This document shows positions 36,924 to 48,957 of a stretch of DNA of 64,000 nucleotides, one piece after another. Origin of the DNA: Phaeosaccion multiseriatum. Taxonomy: Eukaryota; Protista; Ochrophyta, other classes. Every line of letters begins with the position of its first letter. Position 1 is the stretch's first letter. A model generated the notes under the pieces. It was not told the origin of the DNA. It made no database searches and worked only from the letters and a program-made list of their open reading frames with translations. A program made the position numbers and the translations under genes. The stretch is taken from assembly GCA_965112735.1 (NCBI GenBank), contig OZ218963.1, positions 2,046,001 through 2,110,000 on the forward strand, given 5' to 3'.

Positions 36924-39900
36924 ATGGCAGCGACTGCAGGAGCACAGCCCCCAGAGGAAGATGCTGGTAATACTGCTGCTCCTCCGTCGTGGATCACCAG
37001 TAGCGTTCAGACGACCACATGGACATCGTCAGCAATAGACCCGCCGACGTCGCTCAAGACCAGGGATAGCGGCAGGACGAGAAGCGGGAGCAACAACAGC
37101 AGCATGAGTGAGCGGACAGCGGAGAGTACAGAGGTAGGGAGTCTAAGTCCCCGTTCGATCGACAGGAGCAGCCGCAGCAGCAGCAGCGGCAACACCAATG
37201 TGAGAGAGACGATGCTCGACGGAGGGGTGGAGCAGCTCTTTGACAGCTCGTACGCGGGCATAGCGAAGGAAATGATGCAGCACCGACGCAACAGGTCAGT
37301 CGGGCCAAGCACGGAGTAGTGTGGGGGAGGAATAGAATGTGTTTCGTACGGAGAGGATGTCAGGCAGTTCGATCGCAACTGTTGAGCATGTCTTCCCCCC
37401 CCCACATCTCTGTCTGACTCCCAATTGCAGGACTTTTGTAATTCATGGTCACAATGATGCTCTTAATAGACGCGCCTTGAGTGGCACCCCGCAGCTCCCG
37501 GAAGGGGGGCTTGTGCAGTGCTTTCTTCGGGACGCCTTCCTCTCGCACCCGCCTGTGGCGCACGTGGAGCAGCAGGCAGCAGGCGGGGGAGAGAGGGCGC
37601 AGCTGCTGTACTTCGCTTCCCAGCAGGTAGTGCAGGATATGCAGGAGAGGCGCAGAACCGGAGGGCTCGCTCCGGGGAAGGAAGGCTTGGGGGGGAGAGG
37701 GTGTTGCTGCTACTCGGCGAGGTTTTTCGCTGTGGGATGGGAGGATGGGAAGGTCAAGGACCTCTGGGCACGGTTGCGGGAGACGCTGCATGAGCAGGGA
37801 AGGGATGCGGATGCAGAGGTCTTGCCCCCAGAGGAGAAAGAGTCGCTCCAAGGTGAGACGAGGGGCCGGATACACAGCTAGGAGCGGGAGGTTATGTCCG
37901 TCCGGGGTCCCGGGTGTGAGTCAATGTACCTTCCCTCAATCCATACTCTTCCTTGGGCCTCTGACTTTACCCCACCGCCCCACGCCCTCCTTTTGTCTTG
38001 TCCTCCTTGTTATTTCCTTCCTTTCTTACGCTCTGCCCCAGGACCAGACGACTCGAGGGAGGGAGGCTTCGGCCATGGCGTAGACAACACGACTCGTGTG
38101 CAGGTCTGGAACATGAAGCAAGTCTCTGATCTCATTACCATTGGTAAGTGAGCTCCCACACAGGACAGGATAGGACACAGATGGAAAGAATAATATTTTG
38201 GTTCAGAGCGGGGGGTTTTGCATCCCGGTCTCTCGTTCGGTGGTATGTAGGTACACAATTGTGAATTTTAACCACCTCCTGTCCTTCTCATACCCACTCT
38301 CTCCACTCCGCTTTTTGCTCTTAAGGTCTGGCCAACCACCCTCCCTCGTCCCGCCGCGACCACGTCGCACTGACTCTCAGTATGCTCTACTGGGGAGCGA
38401 ATAGGACGGAACAGCACAGCAGCAGCAGCAGCAGTAGTAGTAGCAGCACTAGTTGCAGTAATAGTAATGGTAGTAGCAGTAGTAATAGTGGGGGTTTCAT
38501 ACGAAGGGTGTACTGCCGTTTCTTATTGCTGGGCGGCACAGGGCAGGAGCAGAGCCAGGGCCGGGCGTGGCCCGTTCCAGGAGAGCTCGAGGCGGGGGCC
38601 AAGAGCAGCACTTATGCCTCTGCAGCGCTGGGGGGCGTCTTGGAGGCCCTAGCAGGGTATAGAGAGCACAGGACAACGAGGTGAGTAGGGCGGGGGGGTG
38701 GGAAAAGATGGGGGAAAAACACACACTATACACACCACAAGTGATGCCACAGCATGCTCGGGCCCGTGCATGCTCACTTGAGTTACAGAATGTGCTTTGG
38801 TCGTCTAACAAGGCGTCCTTGCACGACGTTGCGTCCGTCCGTCCGTCCCTCTCTCTCTCTCTCTCGCTTGCCTTTCGGGGGCAATAGCGGAGCAGCGGAG
38901 GAAGTGGCCCCTGCCTCGGTCCCCGGGCTGATCCTGGGGAGGATGTGTGTAGACGCGTGGGTGAGCCTCTGTCTATGTGTGGAGGCTGGCACAGCGCAGT
39001 CGAGCGACGCCCTCGCTCTCTCGCAGGCCGCCAAGACGGCCTCTTCCCTCCTGGAGGGTCTCCGCTGTACCTGCTGTGCGTCGGCGCCATGCCTTGCGGA
39101 GACAGAGACAGAAACGGAGAGGAAGAGAGAGACAGCGACGGCAAATGCCATTGGTCTTCCCTCCTCACCGCGGGAGAGCGTATTGGATACGGAGCCCCTG
39201 CCCGTTCCCGCAGCAAGGGCTGTCGTCGGACCGGCCGCGAAGCAGCGGCGGCATCGACGACAGCGCCAGCAGCGCCAGCAGCAGGATGGGGAGGAGGATG
39301 AAGAGGATGGGGAGGATGAGGAGGACGAGAAGACCGGGCATGTTCCGCGGCCAAACCTGAACGTACTGTTGCAGAAGGAGGATGAGGCTGATGCTCAGCA
39401 TGTCAGTTTTAGCTTTAGCGATGAAAGTAGTAGCGACAGCAGTAGCAACGCCAGTGAGGGGGCTGGTGAAGAAATCAGCTTGGATGGCTTCAGCGAGTCT
39501 GATAGTGACGACACCGACTCAGCGGGGCTGGGATTTGCCACACGGGTGGCTGCGGGGGAGCAGGGCCCTTTTGATCTCGATGTCGATACCTTGCTGATGG
39601 CGCAACGGACGGCGTCTCCCCTGCCTGCCCTCCTTGCTGGGCTCGAGGAAGAAGAAGAAGATGATGATGATGGTGGTAGTGGCGGTGATGATACCGCCAC
39701 GCGGTCTCCCCCAAGGCGGCGACTCTCTGTGGAGCACGAGAGACAACTCCGCTTGGCCTCTCACGCGGCTACAGAAGCCGTGACGAGGAGCAGAAGCATG
39801 GCTCAGAGACCAAAGCAAACCCCCGAGAAGGAAGGCATGGTGGGCAAGCGATGGACGCCGGGGGGGGGGGCAGGGGCAGGGGCAAGTGCGCGGGCGAACA

Positions 39901-42900
39901 TGCAGACACCGGGCAAGAGCATCCTTGTGGATCTGCACCATGTGATGACGCCGGCGGCGAACGTGGTGTCCCCGCAAGCCCTTTCCAAGCTGTGGTCGGG
40001 CATCAGGCCTTCGAAGATGCACATGCCCATCAGAGAGAGCAGCTTTTGGGAGGTGGCGGATGCCGTCATGTTGCTGGGGCAGGAGAGGCCATTTCAGACA
40101 GGTTAGTCGGGAGCGAGACGCGGGAAGAAGCGAGGGAGGGAGTAACGGCCGTTACGGTCGGTAGGGTAGTCCCGTAGGGTAGTGCATCCGTTCGTCCCCA
40201 GGCGAGGGCAGGACGATGCATCCTGGACTTACAGACGAGGTGTGAAGGCCGGGGTAGGAGATCCTCAGTGTTGTGGTGGTTATTCTCCAAGTGTCTCCAG
40301 CGGTCTACTGGTCGATGTGGTGATGCGAGGAGAAGTGGGGCTGTCTCGTGAAAGCCCTGCCCCCCCCCCCCTTTCTCGCGCTTTCCCTGACCGTCTCCCA
40401 TTCACTCCTCTCCCATACTCCACCTTGGATGTGTCTGTTTGCACCCTCCCTGTCCCTTGCTTGCCCTCCATCCCTACGCGAATGCAAACACACAACACAA
40501 TACAACCCACACCCCAAACAAAACAAAACAAATCAAATGAACATCAATCACCACACCACCACAGACTTGTGGAGCTCTCTGGCCATTAAAGTGCTGCACC
40601 TGGCCAGCGACAGCACGCTCATCATCTTCATTCAGCAACTTGTGCAGGTGCTGAGGCTGCAGCCAATCCCAACCCTGCAAGACGCCTTCAGAGAGGTGGA
40701 CGGTAGGAAGGGCACCCCCGAGAGAGGCGGCGGTGGGGGCGGCGGGGGCGGAGGGGGCGGAGGGATTGCGGAAGAGCGCCGCCGGTCGATTAGTGGTATT
40801 GGCATTCGTCTCGGCGTGGACACCCCCGGGCAAGAGAAGGAGCTTCGAAACCTTGACATCTCTTGGGGTAGTCGGACGCCCATCAGTGAGTCTCCCATGG
40901 CAGGCAACAGTGACGACGAGCATGAAGGGGGTGGTGCAGGCGCGAATGATGGGTGGACTGGGAGTGGTCGAGAGAGGGTGAGGGCTCGGCGAGAGAGCAG
41001 GAGCTGGAGGTGGGGAATATCCAAGGTGGCCGTGCTGCTGATTGAGAGAGCGTGTCGGAGCTTGCCCCTCGCCAATGACCTCTTCTGGCACTTGAAGGTT
41101 AGTACAGTACAGGTGCAATACAGGTGCAGTATATACTATTGTACTTCGAAGTATTACTATTACAGGTGCAGTGTGCGTGCAGTGCAGTACAGCTCCGGAA
41201 CAGTTAGTACCACTGGATTGGACCACTGGATTGGGTTGGTTTGTGTGTCTTGTGTCATGACCCAACGACCCACAGTTCAGTTGTGCACGATTAGCCCCCT
41301 TCTCGGATGTCAAGCGCTTGTCAAGCACATCTTCATTGCTCAAGCGGAATGAGCGAACACACCTCTGCCCCCCACCCCGACCCACATGTCCTGACGCGCT
41401 GGCTCATTCTTTCCTCCGCACTCTCTGCCATATCACCAACCACTTCCCCGCACACACATTCACGTCGTGTGGATCCTCTCTTCCCCACCACACAGTCTAT
41501 ACACCACTTGCACACCACACATTCACGTCGTGTGAATCGTCTTTTGCCCACTGACCGACCGCCTCCTATACACCACACATTCTCTGCCTTTATTCTCCTC
41601 CAGGTGGCGCAAGAGGCCGAGCAATTGGAAACTTCGCTGACGCACTCTGAGGTGTACTCGAATGTTAAGAGAGCCCTTTACAAGGCCCTCCGGCTCGCTG
41701 AGTGGACTGGAGGGGAGAGGGCCGTGAGGACTGCCTCTGCCGCGCGCTCCTCCCTCATGCGCGTAACGGAAGATCAAGCTAACGACTTCGACGATGGGGC
41801 AGACGTCATGCGTGGGCGGCGGTGCAGCAGCGCCGTCAGTGAAGGCATCAGTTCTCGGGTGGCAATCGCCTCTGGGCTTCAGGTCGGTTTCCGAGGGGGG
41901 GGGGGTTGAAACTCTTGTCCGTTTCGTCTTTTGCTGTCCATCACCTCCCGCCCCCTGGTGGTCCCCCTACTCTAAACTCCCTCCTGTGCCGGTGTATTTT
42001 CCTCCTCCTCCTCCTCCTCCTCCTCCTCCTCCTCCTCCTCCTCCTCCTCCTCCTCCTCCTCCTCCTCCTCCTCTTCCTCCTTATTCGCTCAACAATCACT
42101 GCGTCGTCCCCTCCCAGTGCCAAGGGGCCTACGTCGCGGCCATTGCCGAGTGCCATCGCAAGGTACAAACAGTGAAGGGCTCTCGTTTAGCAAAGATGAC
42201 CGAGCTGAGAAGGTTGCTGCAGCCGCTGAGCAGTGTGGAAGTGTGGTACCGCGACCAGTGCGAACGCGAGAGTGCGGCGCGCGGAGGACAGGCAGTCGAG
42301 GAGCCAGAGCCTGTGGAAGATATGCCCATGCCAACGGAGCCGCCGTCTTTTGTGGACGGTATCGACCCTAGCACGGCTTTCATCTTCCCGTCGGCCCGGG
42401 CGCCCTTTGTCGTGGAGTTCCTCATTGTGGCCGATGACATGGCTTGTGACTATTGCCCCGCCACCAACGAAGAGGCGGCACAGTCTCGGCGGGGTAGTGA
42501 GGGCATGGAGCGCGGGCCTCGGTCGGAGAGTGCAGGGGGTGGGGAGACGCTGGAGGAGGAGTTGGCGACGCTTGGAAAACTCAGCACGGAGAAGCACTCG
42601 CTGCTCGTCATCTTCAAGTCAGGGGATGACCTCAGACAAGATCAGGCAAGGGACGAGGAGCAAGCGCACAATACGGCGAGAGGGAGAGGGAGAGAGAGAG
42701 AGAGGGAGCGAGAGAGAGAGAAAGCTGCATGGCCGATTGGTAGAATGGCTCTTTTCATCGCAAAGGGTTTTTCTTTTGTCCCCTGGACTGTACTTTTCAG
42801 GTGCTGCTGTCTCCTGTACGGAGGATTCTGACTGACGTACGACCGCGAAGCGAACAAAAGGGGTTCAACCGCCTGTGCACCCGACCGAACCCTTATACAC

Positions 42901-45039
42901 CCCCACCCCCTCTCAATCCCTCCCAACCTCCTCTCCCTCTCTCTCCGCGCCTTGCACACTACTCTGCACTGTAGTTTGCCATGCACATGGTGAAGCTGAT
43001 GGACAAGCTGCTCATCGAAGACGGTCTGGACCTTGACGTGCGCACCTACAACGTGCTCGCCACGGGGCTGGAGGACGGCATGGTGGAGTTCGTGCCGGGG
43101 GCGGTGCCTGTATCGGCAGTCATGAAGAACTTCCAGGGCAGGTGAGTGGGGTCAGGGTGGGTGTGTGGGTGTGTGGATGTGTGGGTGTGTAGGTGTGCGT
43201 GTGGGTATGTGGGTGTTGTGGGTGGGGTCGAGGAGGTGTGGGGTTGGGTTGGGTGTGTGGGTGTGTGGGTGTGTGGGTGTGCGTGTAGGTGTGTGGGTGT
43301 GTGGGTGTGTGGGTGTGCGTGTAGGTGTGTGGATGTGTGGGTGTGCGTGTAGGTGTGTGGGTGTGTGGGTGTGTGAGTGTGCGTGTAGGTGTGTAGGTGT
43401 GTGGGTGTGTGGGTGTGCGTGTAGGTGTGTGGATGTGTGGGTGTGCGTGTAGGTGTGTAGGTGTGTGGGTGTGTGGGTGTGCGTGTAGGTGTGTAGGTGT
43501 GTGGGTGTGTGGGTGTGCGTGTAGGTGTGTGGATGTGTGGGTGTGCGTGTAGGTGTGTAGGTGTGTGGGTGTGTGGGTGTGCGTGTAGGTGTGTAGGTGT
43601 GTGGGTGTGTGGGTGTGCGTGTAGGTGTGTAGGTGTGTGGGTGTGTGGGTGTGCGTGTAGGTGTGTGGATGTGTGGGTGTGCGTGTAGGTGTGTAGGTGT
43701 GTGGGTGTGTGGGTGTGCGTGTAGGTGTGTAGGTGTGTGGGTGTGTGGGTGTGCGTGTAGGTGTGTGGGTGTGTGGGATGGAGTCGGGGGTGTGTGGGGT
43801 CAGGTGTGTGGGGGGTCAGGGGTTTGTGGGTGCGGGCGTGGGCGTAGGCGTGGGCGTGTGGGAGGCGAAAGTTAAGATATACGAGACCAGGATACAAGTG
43901 TTAAGTGCCCCATCTCCTCTCTTTTGTCTCGCTCCCTCGCTCCGCCGCAGCATCCTTGATTTTCTCCGTCACCACAACCCCAGTAAGGAAGGGCCCATGG
44001 GAGTGAGCAACGCGGCCTTGACCCGCTACCTCAAGAGTACGGCAGGGTGGTGTGTTCTTACCTACATACTCGGGGTGGGCGACAGACACCTCGACAACAT
44101 CATGCTTCTGAAGGACGGTGAGCAGCGGGGCGATGGAGCTGTGAATTGTGGTTGTGGTGAATTCAAATTATTCGGGACAGTGGTTGGTTTTGCGAGACAG
44201 AGAGAATCCGATTCTGCTCTTCTCAATATTCCGAACCTAGAGCCCGTTCCCACCCCCTCTCTCCCTCCCACTTCCGCCCCCCCCCCTTGCCTGCAAAAGG
44301 GACGTTGTTTCACGTGGACTTCGCCTATCTCTTTGGGAGAGATTCGAAACCCCTCCCTCCTCCCTTCAGACTCACCAAAGAGATGGTGGATGCCATGGGC
44401 GGCAGCGACAGCGCGCACTTCCACGTGTTTAAGAGTCTCTGCTGCCAGGCCTACGTGGCCCTGCGGCGGAGCGCCAACCTTCTCCGCAACATGATTGGGC
44501 TCATGGCGCACCCCAACGGAGGCGTGGAGGAGCTGGCCAAGACGCCAGAGAGCGCGTTGGAGGTATGTCAGGGGCCGTAGATGGCAGTGGATGGATGAGA
44601 GAGGAAACTCGTCTCTGGGATAAGGCACTGGGTGGGGAGGAGAGGGCGAAGGGAAGGGAGGGAGTGCGCACCCTGATGGTGGGTAGGGGAAGGGAAGGCC
44701 ACTCCTCTGTGCTATGGGTAGGAAGTAGCCGAGGACCAACGGCTTCCCTTACGCCTACCTACTTGGCGGAAACACGTGTCTTCGAGAAATGGTGGCGCTC
44801 ACTCTCCTGTCTCCTCTCTCCTCTGCCCCCCCTTGTCCTAAATGTGTTGCCTCTATCGTGATACCCGCAACCCGTCAAAAACCGCCCCCTCTCAGGCACT
44901 GCGGGAACGGTTTCAGCTTGATGTGTCTACCGAAGAGGCGTGTAACCGTTTCATCAAGCTAATCGACTCAAGCTACAACGCAATGGCACCCCGCATGCTA
45001 GAGAGCCTGCACAGGCTTGCCGTATCACGGAGGGCCTAA
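36924..45039 (+). CDS. VPS34: Second, divergent class III PI3-kinase (VPS34 paralog B) with an unrecognisable N-terminus; multi-exon
   Basis: Helical domain ([18 protein letters not shown]) and kinase motifs [60 protein letters not shown]. The C-terminal helix resembles paralog A. The 5' exon structure is uncertain. Confidence 0.85.
43142..43865. repeat. Intronic GT-rich compound minisatellite (GTGTGGGT/GTGTAGGT/GCGTGTAG units)
   Basis: About 700 bp of near-tandem TG-rich units inside an intron of VPS34 paralog B. Confidence 0.9.
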
Positions 45040-45870
45040 GGGTCTAAGGGTGCTGAGGAAATGCTTCACCAAGTGCTGTCCGCTTTGCTTTCTTTGCCTG
45101 TGCCACACGCGGCCTGAGGGTGCGGATGAATGCCTGATGCTTTGCCGTTGGCCTTTCTGCTTGCTTTGAGGTTGGAGGCTGGAGTGGAGGAGGAAGAGCA
45201 ATTCAGTCGGGCGGAAGGGGCACAGCGCACTGCGCAAACTGCCAACGGCAGCAATTCGCCAAGTGGGATGGCTCTTTTTTTTGGTCATACGGCGGCTTTT
45301 CGCTTGCAGGAGTGGAATGAAGCCCCTGTCAGACAAGAGCCGAGGATGGTATAGGAAACAGCAGCCACGGGGGGGGGCGAGAGGGGGAGGTGTAGGGGTT
45401 TAGGGAGTTTAGGAGGTACGTACATGCTTAATTTCTTTACAAAGAGTAGATGGGTGGTCGTAAGTAGCCCGCTATTATTGTTATATTTTTTTTTGTTTTT
45501 TCCCTTTTGCAATAATACACTTAGGATAATAATAGAAGGTCGATCTCATGAGCTTGGAGAACGGGGGGGGGAAACAAGTGTGTTCCTGTCTGAACCAACA
45601 CAAAAGGGGAAGCTGTGGAACCAGCGAAGGATGGCCGTCAAAGAGAGGGTCCTCCCGGGGCTCTTTCAGACTTCATCGCACAATCCGTTTTCCATGTTGC
45701 CTAAACGGGTTGGTGATCCGGCAGTTGTCAGCTGGGCTTCACTCACGTCATCTTCACACACACGCCCATACTCGCTCTTGTGTTCCCTGGATCGTTGCAT
45801 AGTACAGTGCAGGAGCCCTCCCACGTTTCTGCAGGGTCCGTATGTTGGCGTGTTGGCGCTCCACACATCC

Positions 45871-48395
45871 TCAGTTATTGGCGATGGACGCCACCTCTCC
45901 TTCCCGTCTGCGCTTCTTGGCACGGGAGTCTGGCGACGAGCTTCCGCTGTACAATCAATCGCCAAAAGGTAGAGGAAGTAGGGCAAACAAGGTGGTGAGG
46001 GATGGGGAAAGCGAGTGCAGTAGGACGGCAGCAACAACAGAGCTGAACAGATCACAGATCAGCAAAGGCTCAGACACACGCACATACACACACACACCTT
46101 GCATTGCTGCTCGCTCCTCCGGTGCCATCCTTCTCCGCTAACGCCTTGAGGATGGACAAGCTGAGGGCTGGCGAGTTGCAGATTTGGGCCTCGAAGCTGG
46201 TGTTGCTGCACACCTCCCTCATGTTCTTCTTAATGAAGATAACGCACGCGTTCTTGAGCACTGCTGCGCTGTGATCTTCCGCGGCTTCCAGCAGCTGGTG
46301 GTCATTGCGGTCATATGGGCCAGCCACCACACGACAAAGAGAGTGGGGACATGGAAGAGAGAAAACAACGAACACCGAAGACAAGTCCAGCGCACACGAG
46401 GAAGGAGGGCGGGAAGGGAGAAACGTGAGGGAGAAGAACTTTGCATCAGCAGCCGCAGCCGCAGCAAGAAGAGCATCATCCAGACCCCCCCCCCCAAGAT
46501 TTTGTAAAAGACTGGGCGAAAGTAAGGAAAGCAAAGTCGCCTCACCGTCACCACCACACATCGTCATCTATTTTGAAACGCTTCTCACTCACCTTGGCCA
46601 CGTTGTTCACGTCAATGCTCTCACGCACGGTGTACTCACAAAGCGCCTTGAGATCGCGCATGAGGTACTCGTCAGCAATGCTCAGAAGTCGCATCACATC
46701 CACATACGTGCACCCGCTGAGGTCTTCCACACGGTTCGTGTACACAAACTCGAGCAGTCGGCGCATGGTGTCTGGTGTGTGCGACGCCACTTCCACCTCG
46801 TGTGTGCCCGATTCCCGCATGCCTCTGTCAATGGGTGTCAAAGGGTAAGGGTTGTTGGGGTTAAGTGAGGAAGGCCGGCAAGCATGACATGGGGTAGAAA
46901 AGAGGCCTCCTCCCATCCCGTAAAGACCCCCCACGCCTTGCAACTTGTCTGTTGTCCAGTAGGCTGCGGAATGTCTTCTCCCCCCATCAAGTGCCCCACA
47001 AGAGCTTTAGAAAGACTCAAGCAAAGCAAAGCAAGGCAAGGAAAGGCAAGGCAAGTGCGTCCGTCCCCCCATGTCTTCCTCGGTCACTCCGTCCGTTGTT
47101 TAAGACACACGGGGGCCCATCACTTCGCAGTTACCCGCCCGCTCCCCTCCCCTCTCCTCCCCTCCCCTCCCCTCCCCTCCCCTCTCCCCTCCCCTCTCCG
47201 TACCTCCGGAACATTCCAGCGAAGTAGTCCGACCGCGCCACCAAAATGGCCTTGTGCGCTACAACCTCTTCCCGCTCAGCCCCCACAAAGAATTTGACAT
47301 CGCAGTGCTCATTGTCGTCCCGCAGACTCGCAATATTGTCTAAAAACCTCGAGTTGGGACAAATCTGCTCCACTCGGAAAGCGCTGGTGATGCCGTCCTC
47401 GCCCCCTTCCTCCGTTGGTCTCTTTTTTACGACAATCTCATCACGGCCCTGAAGTGCATTCATTGGCAAGCAAGATACGTCAGTAGCAGCACAAGTACAA
47501 CAGTGACTGAGTTAGCCATGCCACAAATCAAGCAATAACCCGACGGCGAGAGACGGATAAAAGTAAGCTCCCCCCCCCACTTTCCAGAGGGAGCAGGGCA
47601 CTTGAGAAGCGCAGCAGCCATGCAGTCTTCAGCACATGCAACCTCCCTAAAATGATGCACCATACGCTTTTCACGAATCACGACGCAGAAGCTCACGTAC
47701 CTGCAGAAACACACTCTCTGGCGTGTCTTCGTTCCGAAGTTTCTCTGTGAAGTAGTAGACCAGGTCTTCTTTCCGTAAGCCGTGGTGCTTGGCGTAGTGG
47801 CGAAAAAGACTTGAGAAGCGTTGATTCTTGAGCATCAAGCAGCTGAGAGGAGGGGGGGCAGGAGCACAAACGACACAACGGTAGATCAGCTTTCACCTCC
47901 CCATCGCGTGGCCTGCTTCACCTCCCCCCCCCTAACCCAAACTGTTAGTGTCCGCTTCGGAGTCCATCAAAGCTTGGGACCGCGCGTATACCACTCTTGT
48001 CAAGGAGCCTGTCGCTCTATCCCCTTCGGCAAAAGCGTGCGAACGAAAATTGAGGGGCCGCCCCGCAGAGTTTGAATCTCGTCGGCCCCGATCTGCCTTC
48101 TCTCCACTTCACATTCGCCCGATGCGTTTATTTATCTGCACCCAGAACACACTCCCTTCCTCGGCGTACCTGTACGGAGTGTCTGCTGGCACGCGCACTA
48201 TCCTCCGCTCGCTACCTTCCAATATGAGCTCCTCCGCAGCCTGTGGAGAAACCAAAACAAACAGTGAGACCTGAGCACCTTTGGAGGGGGGATTTCAAGC
48301 AGCGGACTGCTCCACACCCTCTTCTACCTACTCACCTTCACTACAAACTCTACATGTTCCTTCACACCATCGTTGGCCGCCCCTGTCCGAGCCAT
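45871..48395 (-). CDS. SUMO-like domain + BTB/POZ + BACK-like protein with a C-terminal NLS; ~7 exons
   Basis: BTB: CDVKFFVG..EEVVAHKAILVARSDYFAGMF..GMRES..MRRLLEFVYT..LLSIADEY..LKALCE. Upstream exon 47842-47701 is SUMO-like. The last exon (45946-45871) encodes AKKRRR. Confidence 0.85.
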
Positions 48396-48957
48396 CTCTA
48401 GCCCCCCAGACCGCCTCTTTCTTCTCCGCCCTTCGGCCTTCCCCCGCTTTTAAAAATGACCCTTAGCGTCAATGTGATAGGGCGCAGGCTGTGAGGGGAA
48501 GAAAGATTCTCTGTGTGAAGGCGAGAGTAGATGAATCTCCCCCCTTTCTTGTTCAAATGGAAAAAAATGGCGGTGTGCAGGGTCTACAAGGTCAGGCCAT
48601 GAAACTGAAATTTCTTTCCTCTTCGTGCTCCCTTTTTTTCTTTTTTTTCCTAAAATCGACAAATCTACACCCACCCCCCCCCCCCCTCCTCTGCTTACTC
48701 TCGAGTCTGCCAGCACGGGTCCAAATGTGTGAGAGCGACTGCAATACAAGCGACAGCTCGCTGGGGTCACAACTGGCAGGCCAGTTCAGTTTCACCCCTG
48801 ACGCGTATATTTACTTCCCCTGACGTGCTATCGACCACATTCTCGATAGCATGCTATCGGATAGCATGCTATGGGTCGATCAGTTTGTTTCGTATATTGA
48901 CCTGCTTTCGACTGCTTGCTTTGCGTCTGAGAGGCGTGTGCTTCTCTCTCTCGCCAT

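Noticed and set aside
45391-45416. TTTAGGG telomere-like words
   Set aside because: Only one exact and one degenerate copy; consistent with chance.
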